DNA of 64,000 nucleotides from contig OZ245002.1 in assembly GCA_965223415.1 (NCBI GenBank), positions 1,472,001-1,536,000 on the forward strand, written 5' to 3'. A program made the position numbers and the translations under genes. The number at the start of each line of letters is the position of its first letter. Position 1 is the stretch's first letter. Shown here in pieces: positions 13,085 to 24,097 of the stretch. The DNA is from Myxococcota bacterium. Lineage in GTDB: Bacteria > Myxococcota_A > UBA9160 > UBA6930. Below the pieces are notes generated by a model. That model worked only from the letters and a program-made list of their open reading frames with translations, was not told the DNA's origin and searched no databases.

Positions 13085-13489
13085 GTGAAGATCCTCGGCC
13101 TCGACCACGTCGTGCTGCGGGTCCGCGACCTCGAAGCCTCCCTCGCCTTCTACTGCGGGGCGCTCGGCTGCACGGAAGAGCGCCGCATCGACCAGCTGGG
13201 CCTGATCCAGCTGCGCGCCGGCGCCGCCCTGATCGACCTCGTCCCCGTCGACTCCCCCCTCGGCAAGGCCGGCGGCGCGCCCCCCGGCGAAGACGCCCGC
13301 AACCTCGACCACTTCGCCCTGCGCATCGAACCCTTCGAGCCCGACGAGCTGGCCGCCCACCTCGAGCGCCACGGCATCTCCCCCGGCGACGTCGCCGAAC
13401 GCTACGGCGCCGAAGGCGCCGGCCCCTCCATGTACATCCGCGACCCCGACGGCAACACCGTCGAGCTCAAAGGCTCCCCGTTGCGCTAG
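13085..13489 (+). CDS. VOC/glyoxalase family protein
   Basis: LDHVVLRVRD, NLDHFALRI, YIRDPDGNTVELK. Confidence 0.9.
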   Translation: MKILGLDHVVLRVRDLEASLAFYCGALGCTEERRIDQLGLIQLRAGAALIDLVPVDSPLGKAGGAPPGEDARNLDHFALRIEPFEPDELAAHLERHGISPGDVAERYGAEGAGPSMYIRDPDGNTVELKGSPLR

Positions 13490-13822
13490 GGAAGCTGTGC
13501 GCAAGCCACCCGGAGAGGGCGGAACAGCCATGAGGGGGGTGATCGGGATGAAGAAGCAGTAGACGTTTGCGTCGGAGGCGTGGGGCCGGAAGGGCAAGGT
13601 GGCGCGACGGGAGCATCTTCTGGCCGGGGGGAAGCCCTGGTGCCGTTCTCCTCTCTCCTTCGTCCGAGGGTCGGCGGGACGGCGACGACGCGATGTGGCG
13701 AGGTGCCCCTCCCCTCCGGGGTGCGGCAGAAAGGTGGATCCGTGCAGAAAACGGTTGGCACGACGCGACGACGAGCGCAGGATGGCCGGGTCGGGATCTC
13801 TGCACCGAGGGGGAGCGCCGAG

Positions 13823-14293
13823 ATGGAACACCCGGGCCGATGGCTCATGGGGATCGCCGTGGGGTTGGCGCTGACGGGCACACCGAGCGCCCTCGCGGCG
13901 GCCGATCTCTCCGGGGATCTCTCGACGGACTCGCGCATCGAGATGGTCGAGCAGGCGGGCGAGGGGCCCGATCGGGTCATCTCGATCAGCATGTCCACGC
14001 GGAACGGCGTGTCGACCATCGTCGTCGACAAGGACGGCACCTCGTCCAAGACGTCGATGCCTTCGCAGGAATGCATCGATCTCTGGACCTACCTCCTCGA
14101 GCGTGACGTCGGAAACATGGTCGACGCCCCCGTCGTGGACCCCATTCCCGATCAGTCGGTCTTCATCTTCACCTTCACGAACGGCTCGCAGAGCAACACC
14201 TTCTCTGCGTACGGCGTCGACTTCCTCGGGGACACCCGCTACCGCGAGATCGCACGGGCGATCATCGCGGCCGCCCGCAAGTACGGCCGGTAG
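13823..14293 (+). CDS. Secreted hypothetical protein (possible protease partner or inhibitor)
   Basis: GAGGGGGAG SD, signal peptide ending ALAA, coherent codon usage; 35 nt upstream of the metalloprotease. Confidence 0.7.
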   Translation: MEHPGRWLMGIAVGLALTGTPSALAAADLSGDLSTDSRIEMVEQAGEGPDRVISISMSTRNGVSTIVVDKDGTSSKTSMPSQECIDLWTYLLERDVGNMVDAPVVDPIPDQSVFIFTFTNGSQSNTFSAYGVDFLGDTRYREIARAIIAAARKYGR

Positions 14294-14328
14294 CGGGCCC
14301 GCCGAGGCCCTCCCGGGAGGATCGAGTC

Positions 14329-15987
14329 ATGTCGCATCACCGCACCCTTGCGTTCGTCTGCGCGGCCTGCCTGCTCACGGCCCCTGCGTCCGCGCTCAAC
14401 ACCACGGTGGTGGGCGCGCTCGGGGATCTCGACGGAAACGGCGACGGCGGCACCGGCGAGGCCGCGGTGCTCCAGACCGCCGTGAACTGCTGGGATGCCC
14501 GCATCACGACGAACCGGAACTTCACCCTGAACGTGAGCGGCGCGAGCCTGACGGGGCGTGGGGTCGGCTCGACCACGGCAGTCGTAGGCGGCGTTCCGAC
14601 GACCGGCATGATCATGATGGACAACGACGGCAGCGTGAACTGGTTCACGGATCCCACGCCCCTGGACAGCCTCGAGTTCACGCCCGACCCGAACGCGCAG
14701 TGGCGCTTCATCAACGGGACGGCTGCCTCGGGCGCCAACAACGCCGACCTGCTCCGCTCCGTGGCCCACGAGATCGGGCACGCCAACGGGTGGATCTGCG
14801 GGAACGCCGCCTGCAACCGGACGACGGACACGGCCAACTACGACGCCCTCATGGTGCCGCAGCCGGCCAACTTCGTGCTCAACACCACGGTCAATCTCGT
14901 GGCGAATCCCGGCTTCAACGTCCCCCTTCGCGGAGACGGACTGGTGGGCGGGATCGGTGCGGGCGGCGTCGTCAACGAGCTCAGCCACACGGGCCCGACC
15001 GGGCCCTTCAATGCCGTCGCGGATCTCATGTTCGGACGCACCGGCATCGCCATTCGCGAGACACCTTCGATGGTGAACGTGGACCTCTTCGCGAGGGCCT
15101 ACGGGGACACGGTGAACTTCCCGCTGACGGTGAATGCCGGAGCCGACATCGTCGCAGAGTGCTCGGAGCCCGGCGGTTCCACCGTCTCCCTGGACGGCAG
15201 CGGCTCCACGGACCCGGAGGGGGACACCCTCATCTACTCGTGGACCTGCAACACGGTGGTCCTCTCGGATACCGACACGGTCACCCCCGATGGCTTCTTC
15301 GCGAATGGCCAGACCGAGCAGTGCCGCCTCGACGCCACCGATCTGGCCGCCTGCTCGCCCGACGCGGACCTGGTGCAGGTGACCGTCGTCGACACGATGG
15401 ACCCGGACCTCACCGTGCCGCCCGACGTCACGGCCGAGTGCGCGTCACCCGGTGGGACCGCGGTCTCCATCGGCGGTGCCTTCGCCACCGACGCATGCGA
15501 CGACTTCGTGCAGATCTCGAACGACGCACCGGCCCTCTTCCCGCTGGGCGTGACCCCGGTAACCTGGACGGCGACGGACGACGACGGGAACACGATCACG
15601 AAGATCCAGCTCGTCACGATCGAGGACACCACGCCGCCCGTGGTCAGCGCCACCCTCGCCCCTGACTCGCTGTGGCCCCCCAACCATCGCCTCCACGCCG
15701 TCGCGGCGACCATCCAGGTCACCGACGTGTGCGACCCCGCTCCGACGGTGGTGCTCGCCTCCGCCGTGAGCAGCGAACCAGACAACGGGATCGGCGACGG
15801 CAACACCAACGACGACATCCAGGGGGCCGACATCGGCACCGACGATCGGGATCTCGAGCTGCGCGCCGAGCGCGACGGTCGCGGCCCGGGCCGGACCTAC
15901 ACCGTGGCCTACACGGCCTCCGACGCGAGCGGCAACCAGGCCAGCGCGGAGGACGACGTCCGCGTCGCCCACGACCGCGGGAAGTAG
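14329..15987 (+). CDS. Secreted zinc metalloprotease with PKD/HYR-like Ig domains
   Basis: Signal peptide; HEIGHANG; distal ELSH and DLMFG; LDGSGSTDPEGD (PKD-like), FPLGVTPVTWTATD (HYR-like), LWPPNH domain. Confidence 0.8.
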   Translation: MSHHRTLAFVCAACLLTAPASALNTTVVGALGDLDGNGDGGTGEAAVLQTAVNCWDARITTNRNFTLNVSGASLTGRGVGSTTAVVGGVPTTGMIMMDNDGSVNWFTDPTPLDSLEFTPDPNAQWRFINGTAASGANNADLLRSVAHEIGHANGWICGNAACNRTTDTANYDALMVPQPANFVLNTTVNLVANPGFNVPLRGDGLVGGIGAGGVVNELSHTGPTGPFNAVADLMFGRTGIAIRETPSMVNVDLFARAYGDTVNFPLTVNAGADIVAECSEPGGSTVSLDGSGSTDPEGDTLIYSWTCNTVVLSDTDTVTPDGFFANGQTEQCRLDATDLAACSPDADLVQVTVVDTMDPDLTVPPDVTAECASPGGTAVSIGGAFATDACDDFVQISNDAPALFPLGVTPVTWTATDDDGNTITKIQLVTIEDTTPPVVSATLAPDSLWPPNHRLHAVAATIQVTDVCDPAPTVVLASAVSSEPDNGIGDGNTNDDIQGADIGTDDRDLELRAERDGRGPGRTYTVAYTASDASGNQASAEDDVRVAHDRGK

Positions 15988-16102
15988 CCCCACGACGGGC
16001 CGAACACCCCCGGAACCGGGGTTTGACTCCAGGCCCGCCCGGGTTGCCGAGACCTCGCCTGCTCACGCGCCGGTAGCTCACTCGGTTCCGTTTATTGCGT
16101 TG

Positions 16103-16921
16103 TCAGGCTCCGGGCTTGCGGGCGCGGACGGAGTACATGAACGGGAGGCGCGGGCGGCCTTCGGGCATGCGGTAGATGCGGCGAAGGCCGGAGACTTCCT
16201 TCTCCAGGAAGGGGAAGCGGCCGAAGACGGAGAACTCGTGCTCCCGGAAGAGCTCGATGTGGAGCCCCATGTCGAGGAGCGCCGTGATCACGTGGCTCGT
16301 CGGGTGGATCCACTCGTAGGACTCGGTGTGCTCCGTGGTCTCGCCGGTCTCCGTGTAGGTGAGGCCTTCGTCGTCGAAGCGGTAGCCCTCGGGGCGGCCG
16401 AAGTAGTCGTACGCGATGTCGAAGGACTCGTCGGCCATCATGTCCGTGGCCGGGTGGAACTCGTTCAGGTAGAGGAAGCCGCCGGGACGCAGCAGCGCCT
16501 CGACGACCCGGGCCCAGCGCTCCACGTCCGGCAGCCAGTTGAGGGCGCCGCGGCCCGTGTAGACCACGTCGTAGGTCTCGCCGAGCGCTTCGACCGCGTC
16601 GTAGACGTTGGCGGCCACGAAGCGCGCGTCGATGCCGCACTCCTCCGCGAGCCGGCGCGCGGCCTCGATGCCGGCCTCGCTCAGATCCAGGCCGGTGACC
16701 CGCGCGCCGCGCCGGGCGCAGGCCAGGGCGTCCATCCCGAAGTGGCACTGGAGATGCACGAGATCGAGGCCGGCGATCTCTCCGGTCTCCTCCAGCTCGT
16801 AGTCGTGGAGGGTCGGCTCGCCCGCCTTGAACGCCTCGACGCCGTAGAAGTCGCTCCCCACGTGGATCGGAACCCGGTCGTTCCAGATCCTCCGGTTGGC
16901 CTCGAACCAGTCCTTGCGCAC
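16103..16921 (-). CDS. Class I SAM-dependent methyltransferase
   Basis: VHLQCHFGMD, GLDLS, GALNWLPD, EFHP; GAGGAG SD before GTG 16921. Confidence 0.88.
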   Translation of the reverse strand: MRKDWFEANRRIWNDRVPIHVGSDFYGVEAFKAGEPTLHDYELEETGEIAGLDLVHLQCHFGMDALACARRGARVTGLDLSEAGIEAARRLAEECGIDARFVAANVYDAVEALGETYDVVYTGRGALNWLPDVERWARVVEALLRPGGFLYLNEFHPATDMMADESFDIAYDYFGRPEGYRFDDEGLTYTETGETTEHTESYEWIHPTSHVITALLDMGLHIELFREHEFSVFGRFPFLEKEVSGLRRIYRMPEGRPRLPFMYSVRARKPGA

Positions 16922-16932
16922 CTCGCGTCTCC

Positions 16933-17961
16933 TCAGTCGGCCCCGGCCTTGCGCGCCCACACGTAGCGGGCCAGCCCCCCGGGCGCGATGGAGCGCGTGC
17001 CGACCTGGAGGAAGCCGAGCTCCTGCAGCTGGGCCTCGAGCTCGGCGGCGGCCGGAAGCCCGTGCAGGTTCGCGTGGGCGCGCAGGAAGAGATCGAAGGA
17101 AGCCATGGTCGCGCGGGCTCCCAGGGCGCGGGCCGCCGCCGTGCTGCTCACGACCGGCGTCTGGATGGCGAGGGTGCCGCCTTCCGCGAGGCACTCGTGA
17201 ACGCGCCCGATCAGGGCCATGCGCCCCGGAGCGTCGAAGTAGTGCAGGTTGTTGTTCAGGAGCGCCAGGTCGAAGGCGCCGCGGGGCAGATCGAGCTCGA
17301 GGAAGTCGCCCTCCAGGATCTCGCAGCGGCGGAACACCTCCGCAGCGCGCAGGCGCGTGCGCGCCTCCTCGGCGACCGCTCCGTCCAGCTCGACGCCGGT
17401 CGCGAGCGCATCCCGGTAGTGCACGAGCAGGTCCGCCAGGTAGCTCCCGGTGCCGCAGCCCACGTCGAGGATGCGTCGCGCTTCCCGTACGCCCGGAACC
17501 CGTCGCAGGGCGGCCAGCGCAGCCCGTTCGGTCATGCGCGAGCCCACGGCGACCCGCAGCGCCTCCTCCGGATTCTCCCCGAACACCGGCCGCTCCTCAC
17601 CGCGCAGCAGCTCGGGCAGACGATCCAACAGGGGCACGTAGGTGAGGGCCGCCTGGTCCAGCATGGCCCGCGCGGGCTCTGCATCCGGGCCATCCACCAG
17701 CCAGCGCAGGTAGGCGCCGAGAGCGTACTTGCCCTCCCGTTGCTCGAGGAAGCCATGAGCGTGAGAGGCGCGCAGCCACGCGGCGACGAGATCGAGGGGG
17801 GCGCCTCGCACTTCAGCGAGCTCCGCCGCGGTCATCGGCTCCCGCAGAGCCTCGAACAGGCCCGCGTGGAGACCGGCCCGCAGCACGCCGGCCTCGACCT
17901 GGGCCTGGAGGCTCGAAGCCAGCCGCCGCAGGTGGCGCATTCGCCCGAGCGGCCCGCTCAT
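16933..17961 (-). CDS. SAM-dependent methyltransferase with N-terminal winged-helix/dimerisation region
   Basis: ILDVGCGTG, GVELD, FDLALLNNNLHYF. Confidence 0.85.
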   Translation of the reverse strand: MSGPLGRMRHLRRLASSLQAQVEAGVLRAGLHAGLFEALREPMTAAELAEVRGAPLDLVAAWLRASHAHGFLEQREGKYALGAYLRWLVDGPDAEPARAMLDQAALTYVPLLDRLPELLRGEERPVFGENPEEALRVAVGSRMTERAALAALRRVPGVREARRILDVGCGTGSYLADLLVHYRDALATGVELDGAVAEEARTRLRAAEVFRRCEILEGDFLELDLPRGAFDLALLNNNLHYFDAPGRMALIGRVHECLAEGGTLAIQTPVVSSTAAARALGARATMASFDLFLRAHANLHGLPAAAELEAQLQELGFLQVGTRSIAPGGLARYVWARKAGAD

Positions 17962-17962
17962 G

Positions 17963-20161
17963 TCAAGCGGGCTCGAGGTTCGCGTAGCGCACGACCACGG
18001 TCTTCATCCCCGCGTGGTCGAAGCGGATCCTCAGCTTCTGACCCGGGCCGCGACCCATCACCGCCTGGATCGTTCCGGCCCCGAAGACCGGATGGCGGAC
18101 CCGCTCGCCCACGGCGACGCCGGCCGCCGCCGTGCCGCCCTCCTCGGGCGCGGACTGGTCGTAGGAGTAGTCGTAGCGCCGGCCTTCGCTCTCCCAGGAG
18201 CGGGTGACGATCGACGTGCCCTTCTCCTCGACGAGCGCCTGGGGCACCTCGCGCAGGAAGCGCGATGCCGTACCGAAGGTGCGCGAGCCGAAGCGCCGGC
18301 GTTCGAGGGCGTGGGCGAGGGTCAGCTCCTCCATGGCGCGGGTCATCGCCACATAGCAGAGGCGCCGCTCCTCCTCGATCGCGCGCTCGTCGCGCATCGA
18401 GCCCTGGTGCGGGAACACACCCTCCTCCATGCCGATCACGAACACGACCGGGAACTCGAGGCCCTTGGCTGAGTGGGCGGTCATCAACGAGACGCGGTCG
18501 TCGCGCATCTCCGCCGAGTCGAGGTCGGAGACCAGGGCCACCTGGTCGAGGAAGAGCTCGACCAGGCTGCGCCCCTCGTCTTCGGGGCCGCGATTCGCCA
18601 CTTCGAAGTCTTCGGCGGAGGCCACCAGCTCGCGCAGGTTCTCGACCCGGTTCTCGGCCTCGGGGGTGGCCTCCTTCTCGAGGGCGCGCACGTAGCCGCT
18701 CTGGTCGAGCACCGCCGAGATCGCGTCGGCGGGCTCCCAGTGGGGGAGCCCCGCGGCCAGCTCGTTCACGAGGGTCAGGAAGGTCCCCACGCTCGAGCGC
18801 ACCCGTCCGCCGGCCTCCTCCGCGTAGGCGCGGAGGCCTTCGAGGAGTGAGGTCCCGCGCTGCTCCGCCCACGTCGCGGCGCGCTCGAGGGTCGTCTTGC
18901 CGACCCCCCGCGCCGGCCGGTTGACGATGCGGCGCAGCGCCATGTCGTCCTTCGGGTTCACCGCGAGGCGCAGGTAGGAGAGCGCGTCCTTCACCTCCGC
19001 CCGGTCGTAGAAGCGCACACCGCCGACCACCACGTAGGGCACGTCGTACTTGAGGAGCTCTTCCTCCACGGGTCGCGACTGGGCGTTCGTGCGATAGAAG
19101 ACCGCGTGCTGCCCGTAGGCGCGCTCGCCCTCCTTCACGCCCTCGAGGATGCAGCGCACCACGTAGGCGGCCTCGTCGCGCTCGTCCCGGGCCTGGTAGA
19201 GGACGATCGGATCGCCCTCCCCGCCCTCGGCGACCATCTTCTTGTCGGGGCGATCCGGGTTGTTCTCGACCACCGCGTCGGCGCCGGCCAGGATCCTCTG
19301 GGTCGAGCGGTAGTTGCGCTCGAGCTTCACGACCCGCGCGTCGGAGAAATCGCGCTCGAAGTCCAGGATGTTGCGGATGTCCGCCCCGCGCCAGCCGTAG
19401 ACCGACTGGTCCGGGTCGCCCACCACGCAGAGGTTCCGGTGGGGGCCGACCAGCTGGTGCACCAGCCGGTACTGGACGCGGTTCGTGTCCTGGTACTCGT
19501 CGACGAGCACGTACTGCCAGCGCTCCTGGTAATACCGCAGCACCTCGGGGAAGCGCTCGAAGAGCTGCACGGTCAGGAGCAGCAGGTCGCCGAAGTCCAG
19601 CGCGTTGGCCTCGGCCAGGAGCTTCTGGTAGGTGCCGTAGATCTCGGCACTCTGCTCCGCATCGAGATCGTTCGCCTTGGCCGCCGCCTCCGCCGGCAGC
19701 CAGCCCGCGTTCTTCCACTGGTCGATGCTCCAGGCGAGGCGCCGCGCCTCCTGGGTCTTCGGGTCGAAGGAGTGACGGCGCAGCGACTCCTTCACTACGC
19801 CGAGGGCATCCGCCTGGTCGTAGATGACGAAGCTGCGCTCGCGCCCGAGATGGCCGATCTCCCGGCGCAGGACCCGCACACAGGTAGAGTGGAAGGTCGA
19901 GAGCCAGACACCCTGGGAGTCGGGCCCGAGGAGCTTCTCGACCCGGTCGCGCATCTCGCCCGCCGCCTTGTTGGTGAAGGTGACCGCGAGGATGCCTTCC
20001 GGCGGGATGCCGCAGGCCCCGATCAGATAGGCGATGCGGTGGGTGAGGACGCGGGTCTTGCCGCTGCCGGCGCCGGCGAGCACGAGCAGCGGGCCCTCGG
20101 TGCACTCGACGGCGGCGCGCTGCTCCGGGTTCAGACCCTCGACGAGGGATTCGGCGAGCAC
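17963..20161 (-). CDS. pcrA: UvrD/PcrA ATP-dependent DNA helicase
   Basis: LNPEQ, AGAGSGKT, VDEYQD, NYRST, HSAKGLEF, EEERRLCYVAMTRA, C-terminal Tudor (RVRHPVFG); start approximate. Confidence 0.95.
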   Translation of the reverse strand: MLAESLVEGLNPEQRAAVECTEGPLLVLAGAGSGKTRVLTHRIAYLIGACGIPPEGILAVTFTNKAAGEMRDRVEKLLGPDSQGVWLSTFHSTCVRVLRREIGHLGRERSFVIYDQADALGVVKESLRRHSFDPKTQEARRLAWSIDQWKNAGWLPAEAAAKANDLDAEQSAEIYGTYQKLLAEANALDFGDLLLLTVQLFERFPEVLRYYQERWQYVLVDEYQDTNRVQYRLVHQLVGPHRNLCVVGDPDQSVYGWRGADIRNILDFERDFSDARVVKLERNYRSTQRILAGADAVVENNPDRPDKKMVAEGGEGDPIVLYQARDERDEAAYVVRCILEGVKEGERAYGQHAVFYRTNAQSRPVEEELLKYDVPYVVVGGVRFYDRAEVKDALSYLRLAVNPKDDMALRRIVNRPARGVGKTTLERAATWAEQRGTSLLEGLRAYAEEAGGRVRSSVGTFLTLVNELAAGLPHWEPADAISAVLDQSGYVRALEKEATPEAENRVENLRELVASAEDFEVANRGPEDEGRSLVELFLDQVALVSDLDSAEMRDDRVSLMTAHSAKGLEFPVVFVIGMEEGVFPHQGSMRDERAIEEERRLCYVAMTRAMEELTLAHALERRRFGSRTFGTASRFLREVPQALVEEKGTSIVTRSWESEGRRYDYSYDQSAPEEGGTAAAGVAVGERVRHPVFGAGTIQAVMGRGPGQKLRIRFDHAGMKTVVVRYANLEPA

Positions 20162-20216
20162 GAGCGTGGGACTCTCCGAGGAGGAGGGGAGCGGGCAGTC
20201 GGCGCAACGTAGCGGA

Positions 20217-22217
20217 TCAGTCGGCGACTGTGTCGGGCGGACCTTCTGCGACTCCCGCCCCGAAGAAGAAGGGGCTGCTCCACGCCGCCCCGCCGTCCTC
20301 CTGGAGGATCCGCACGTAGAGGCTGCCGCCGGGCGTAGGGTCGCGGAGCGTCGTCTCCAGCTCGAGCGCCATCTCCCCCCGGCCGGGGATGGACGCCAGC
20401 ACCTCCCCGTCGAGCACCAGCTCGACCGCGCCGATGACGTTCGTACCGGCCGCCGCAATTTCGAGACGGTGTTCGGGGCCGGGCTCGAGCTCGCTCCCCA
20501 TCGGCCGCCCATCAATGTGGACGCGCAGCAGGATGCGCGGGCCGTTGGTGGCGTAGCAGCGCCGCGCCCGGAGCGCGGCCAACACCCCGGCGCGCGTGCG
20601 GTCCTCGGCCAGGATCGCGGCGAGGCCGCCGCTCGCCGACGCCAGGTGGGCCAGGCCCGGATGGCCGTCGTGGCTGTCGCCGCTGCCGACGAAGCCGAGG
20701 CGGTAGCCGCGGGCCAGGGCGTCGACCACGAAGGAGCCCTCGCGGCCGCCGCGCACCGGATAGGGCGTCCGGGCCATCTCGCTGCTGCCGTGGACCGACA
20801 CGATCTCGGTCACCGGTTCGAGCTCCGGATCCGGCGCGATGTCCCAGGCCACCGCCACGGGCTCCCCTGCCGGGTGGTGGGCGAAGGTGAGCGCCTCCCG
20901 TCCCCGTAGCGCCGCCCACAGCTCGCGAGGATGATCACTCGCTGCGTCGATCGAGCTGATGATCTCGCCCTCTCCGTCGAAGTAGAGGACGTGCCGGTGG
21001 CCGTAGAGCCAACTCGTCCACTCGAAGCCCAGCAAGGTGACGAAGCGGCCCGGCGCGTGATGCAGGTCGGCGGCAGCGCGCACTTGCTGCCAGGCCCGCG
21101 GGCTCCGGTCGAGGAACGGAAGGCCCCAGTGGTCGTGGTCGGTGAGCGCCGCCACGTCGAGGGCCGCCACGTCCCGCGCATAGCGGTAGTAGTCGTCGGG
21201 CGTGCCCGTGCCGTCCGAGAGATGGGAATGGCCGTGCAGGTCGGCCCAGAGGGGTCGATCCGCCGTGGCGTGCACCTGGACGGGATTCGACACGTCGGCC
21301 AGGGCCTCGTCCCCGGCGGCGCGCACCTGGAAGCGGCCGCCTCCATCGGCCGGAGCGCGGAAGGCGACCGTCGCGACGCCTTCCGCGCCGACCTCGATGG
21401 GCCCGATCTCCGGAAAGCCCTTCGGCGGCGCGACCAGCACGCGAAGCGGCTCCGCCAGGGGCACGCCGGCATTCCCCGCCGCGTCGAGCACCGCCACCCG
21501 CAGCTCCAGTTCGGCACCGGGCCGCACGACGCTGGGCACGAGAGCGACGAGCTGGGCCGGCGGCCCGGCTCCGATGTCGACGCGCAGAGGCTCCTCGAGG
21601 AGCCGTCGGACGCCGTCCCCGTCACCGTCCACCGCCAGCAGGATGGGCGCGTCGCGCTCGGCGAAGCGGTCGACCCGGGAGCCGACCTCACCGGCCCCGT
21701 AGGCCAGCCGCACCTCTTCCCCCTCGCGCAGCGCGCGCCCCCCGATGGTCACTGCGAGCAGCTCGCTGCCGATCGCCTCCGCCTCGAGGGTCACTCCCGG
21801 CGCGTCGCTGGCGACGCTCGCGAAGCCCGGCCGTGCCGGATCCTGGAGCTGGACGCCGCTCCATCCCCAGAAGGGCGGGACCATCAAGAAGAGCTGGCCG
21901 CCCACCGCGACGCCGTGGGGCCCCGCCGTGTAGACGATCGGGAAGTGCGCGGTCTGGCCGACCCGGAGGTCCGGCGCCGCGCCGCCCTCCCAGCTCCAGC
22001 GGGCGCGGCCGCCACCGTCCGAGGGGTGCCGCGGCGCCTCGAGATCGTCGCGCAGGTCCGCCACGATGCCCGGGCTCGCGTTGAAGGACGCGTCCGCCGG
22101 CGCCTCGGGGACGGTGGGCAGCGGCGCGGGCGCGGCCGGCGCGGGCGCCTCGGCTTCGGCGCAGGCCAGCAGGCCCGCCAGCAGGGCGGCCACCCCTCCG
22201 GTGCGCAGCCGCCGCAC
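20217..22217 (-). CDS. DUF3604/PHP-like metallohydrolase lipoprotein
   Basis: Lipobox LLAC; WADLHGHSHLSDG, LTDHD, GFEWT, SGDSHDGHPG, AWSSP. Confidence 0.8.
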   Translation of the reverse strand: MRRLRTGGVAALLAGLLACAEAEAPAPAAPAPLPTVPEAPADASFNASPGIVADLRDDLEAPRHPSDGGGRARWSWEGGAAPDLRVGQTAHFPIVYTAGPHGVAVGGQLFLMVPPFWGWSGVQLQDPARPGFASVASDAPGVTLEAEAIGSELLAVTIGGRALREGEEVRLAYGAGEVGSRVDRFAERDAPILLAVDGDGDGVRRLLEEPLRVDIGAGPPAQLVALVPSVVRPGAELELRVAVLDAAGNAGVPLAEPLRVLVAPPKGFPEIGPIEVGAEGVATVAFRAPADGGGRFQVRAAGDEALADVSNPVQVHATADRPLWADLHGHSHLSDGTGTPDDYYRYARDVAALDVAALTDHDHWGLPFLDRSPRAWQQVRAAADLHHAPGRFVTLLGFEWTSWLYGHRHVLYFDGEGEIISSIDAASDHPRELWAALRGREALTFAHHPAGEPVAVAWDIAPDPELEPVTEIVSVHGSSEMARTPYPVRGGREGSFVVDALARGYRLGFVGSGDSHDGHPGLAHLASASGGLAAILAEDRTRAGVLAALRARRCYATNGPRILLRVHIDGRPMGSELEPGPEHRLEIAAAGTNVIGAVELVLDGEVLASIPGRGEMALELETTLRDPTPGGSLYVRILQEDGGAAWSSPFFFGAGVAEGPPDTVAD

Positions 22218-22220
22218 CGG

Positions 22221-24053
<1,833 letters not shown>

Positions 24054-24097
24054 GCCGTTCCCTCGATGATGGCTGCGGCCCGCGGCCCGGCCCCGGG

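Noticed and set aside
13490..13822. Intergenic stretch as ncRNA, riboswitch or small gene
   Set aside because: No convincing hairpin set, known motif or coding signal recognised by eye
24054..24097. glmS ribozyme upstream of glmS
   Set aside because: Only 44 nt between glmU and glmS; too short, and no core motif seen
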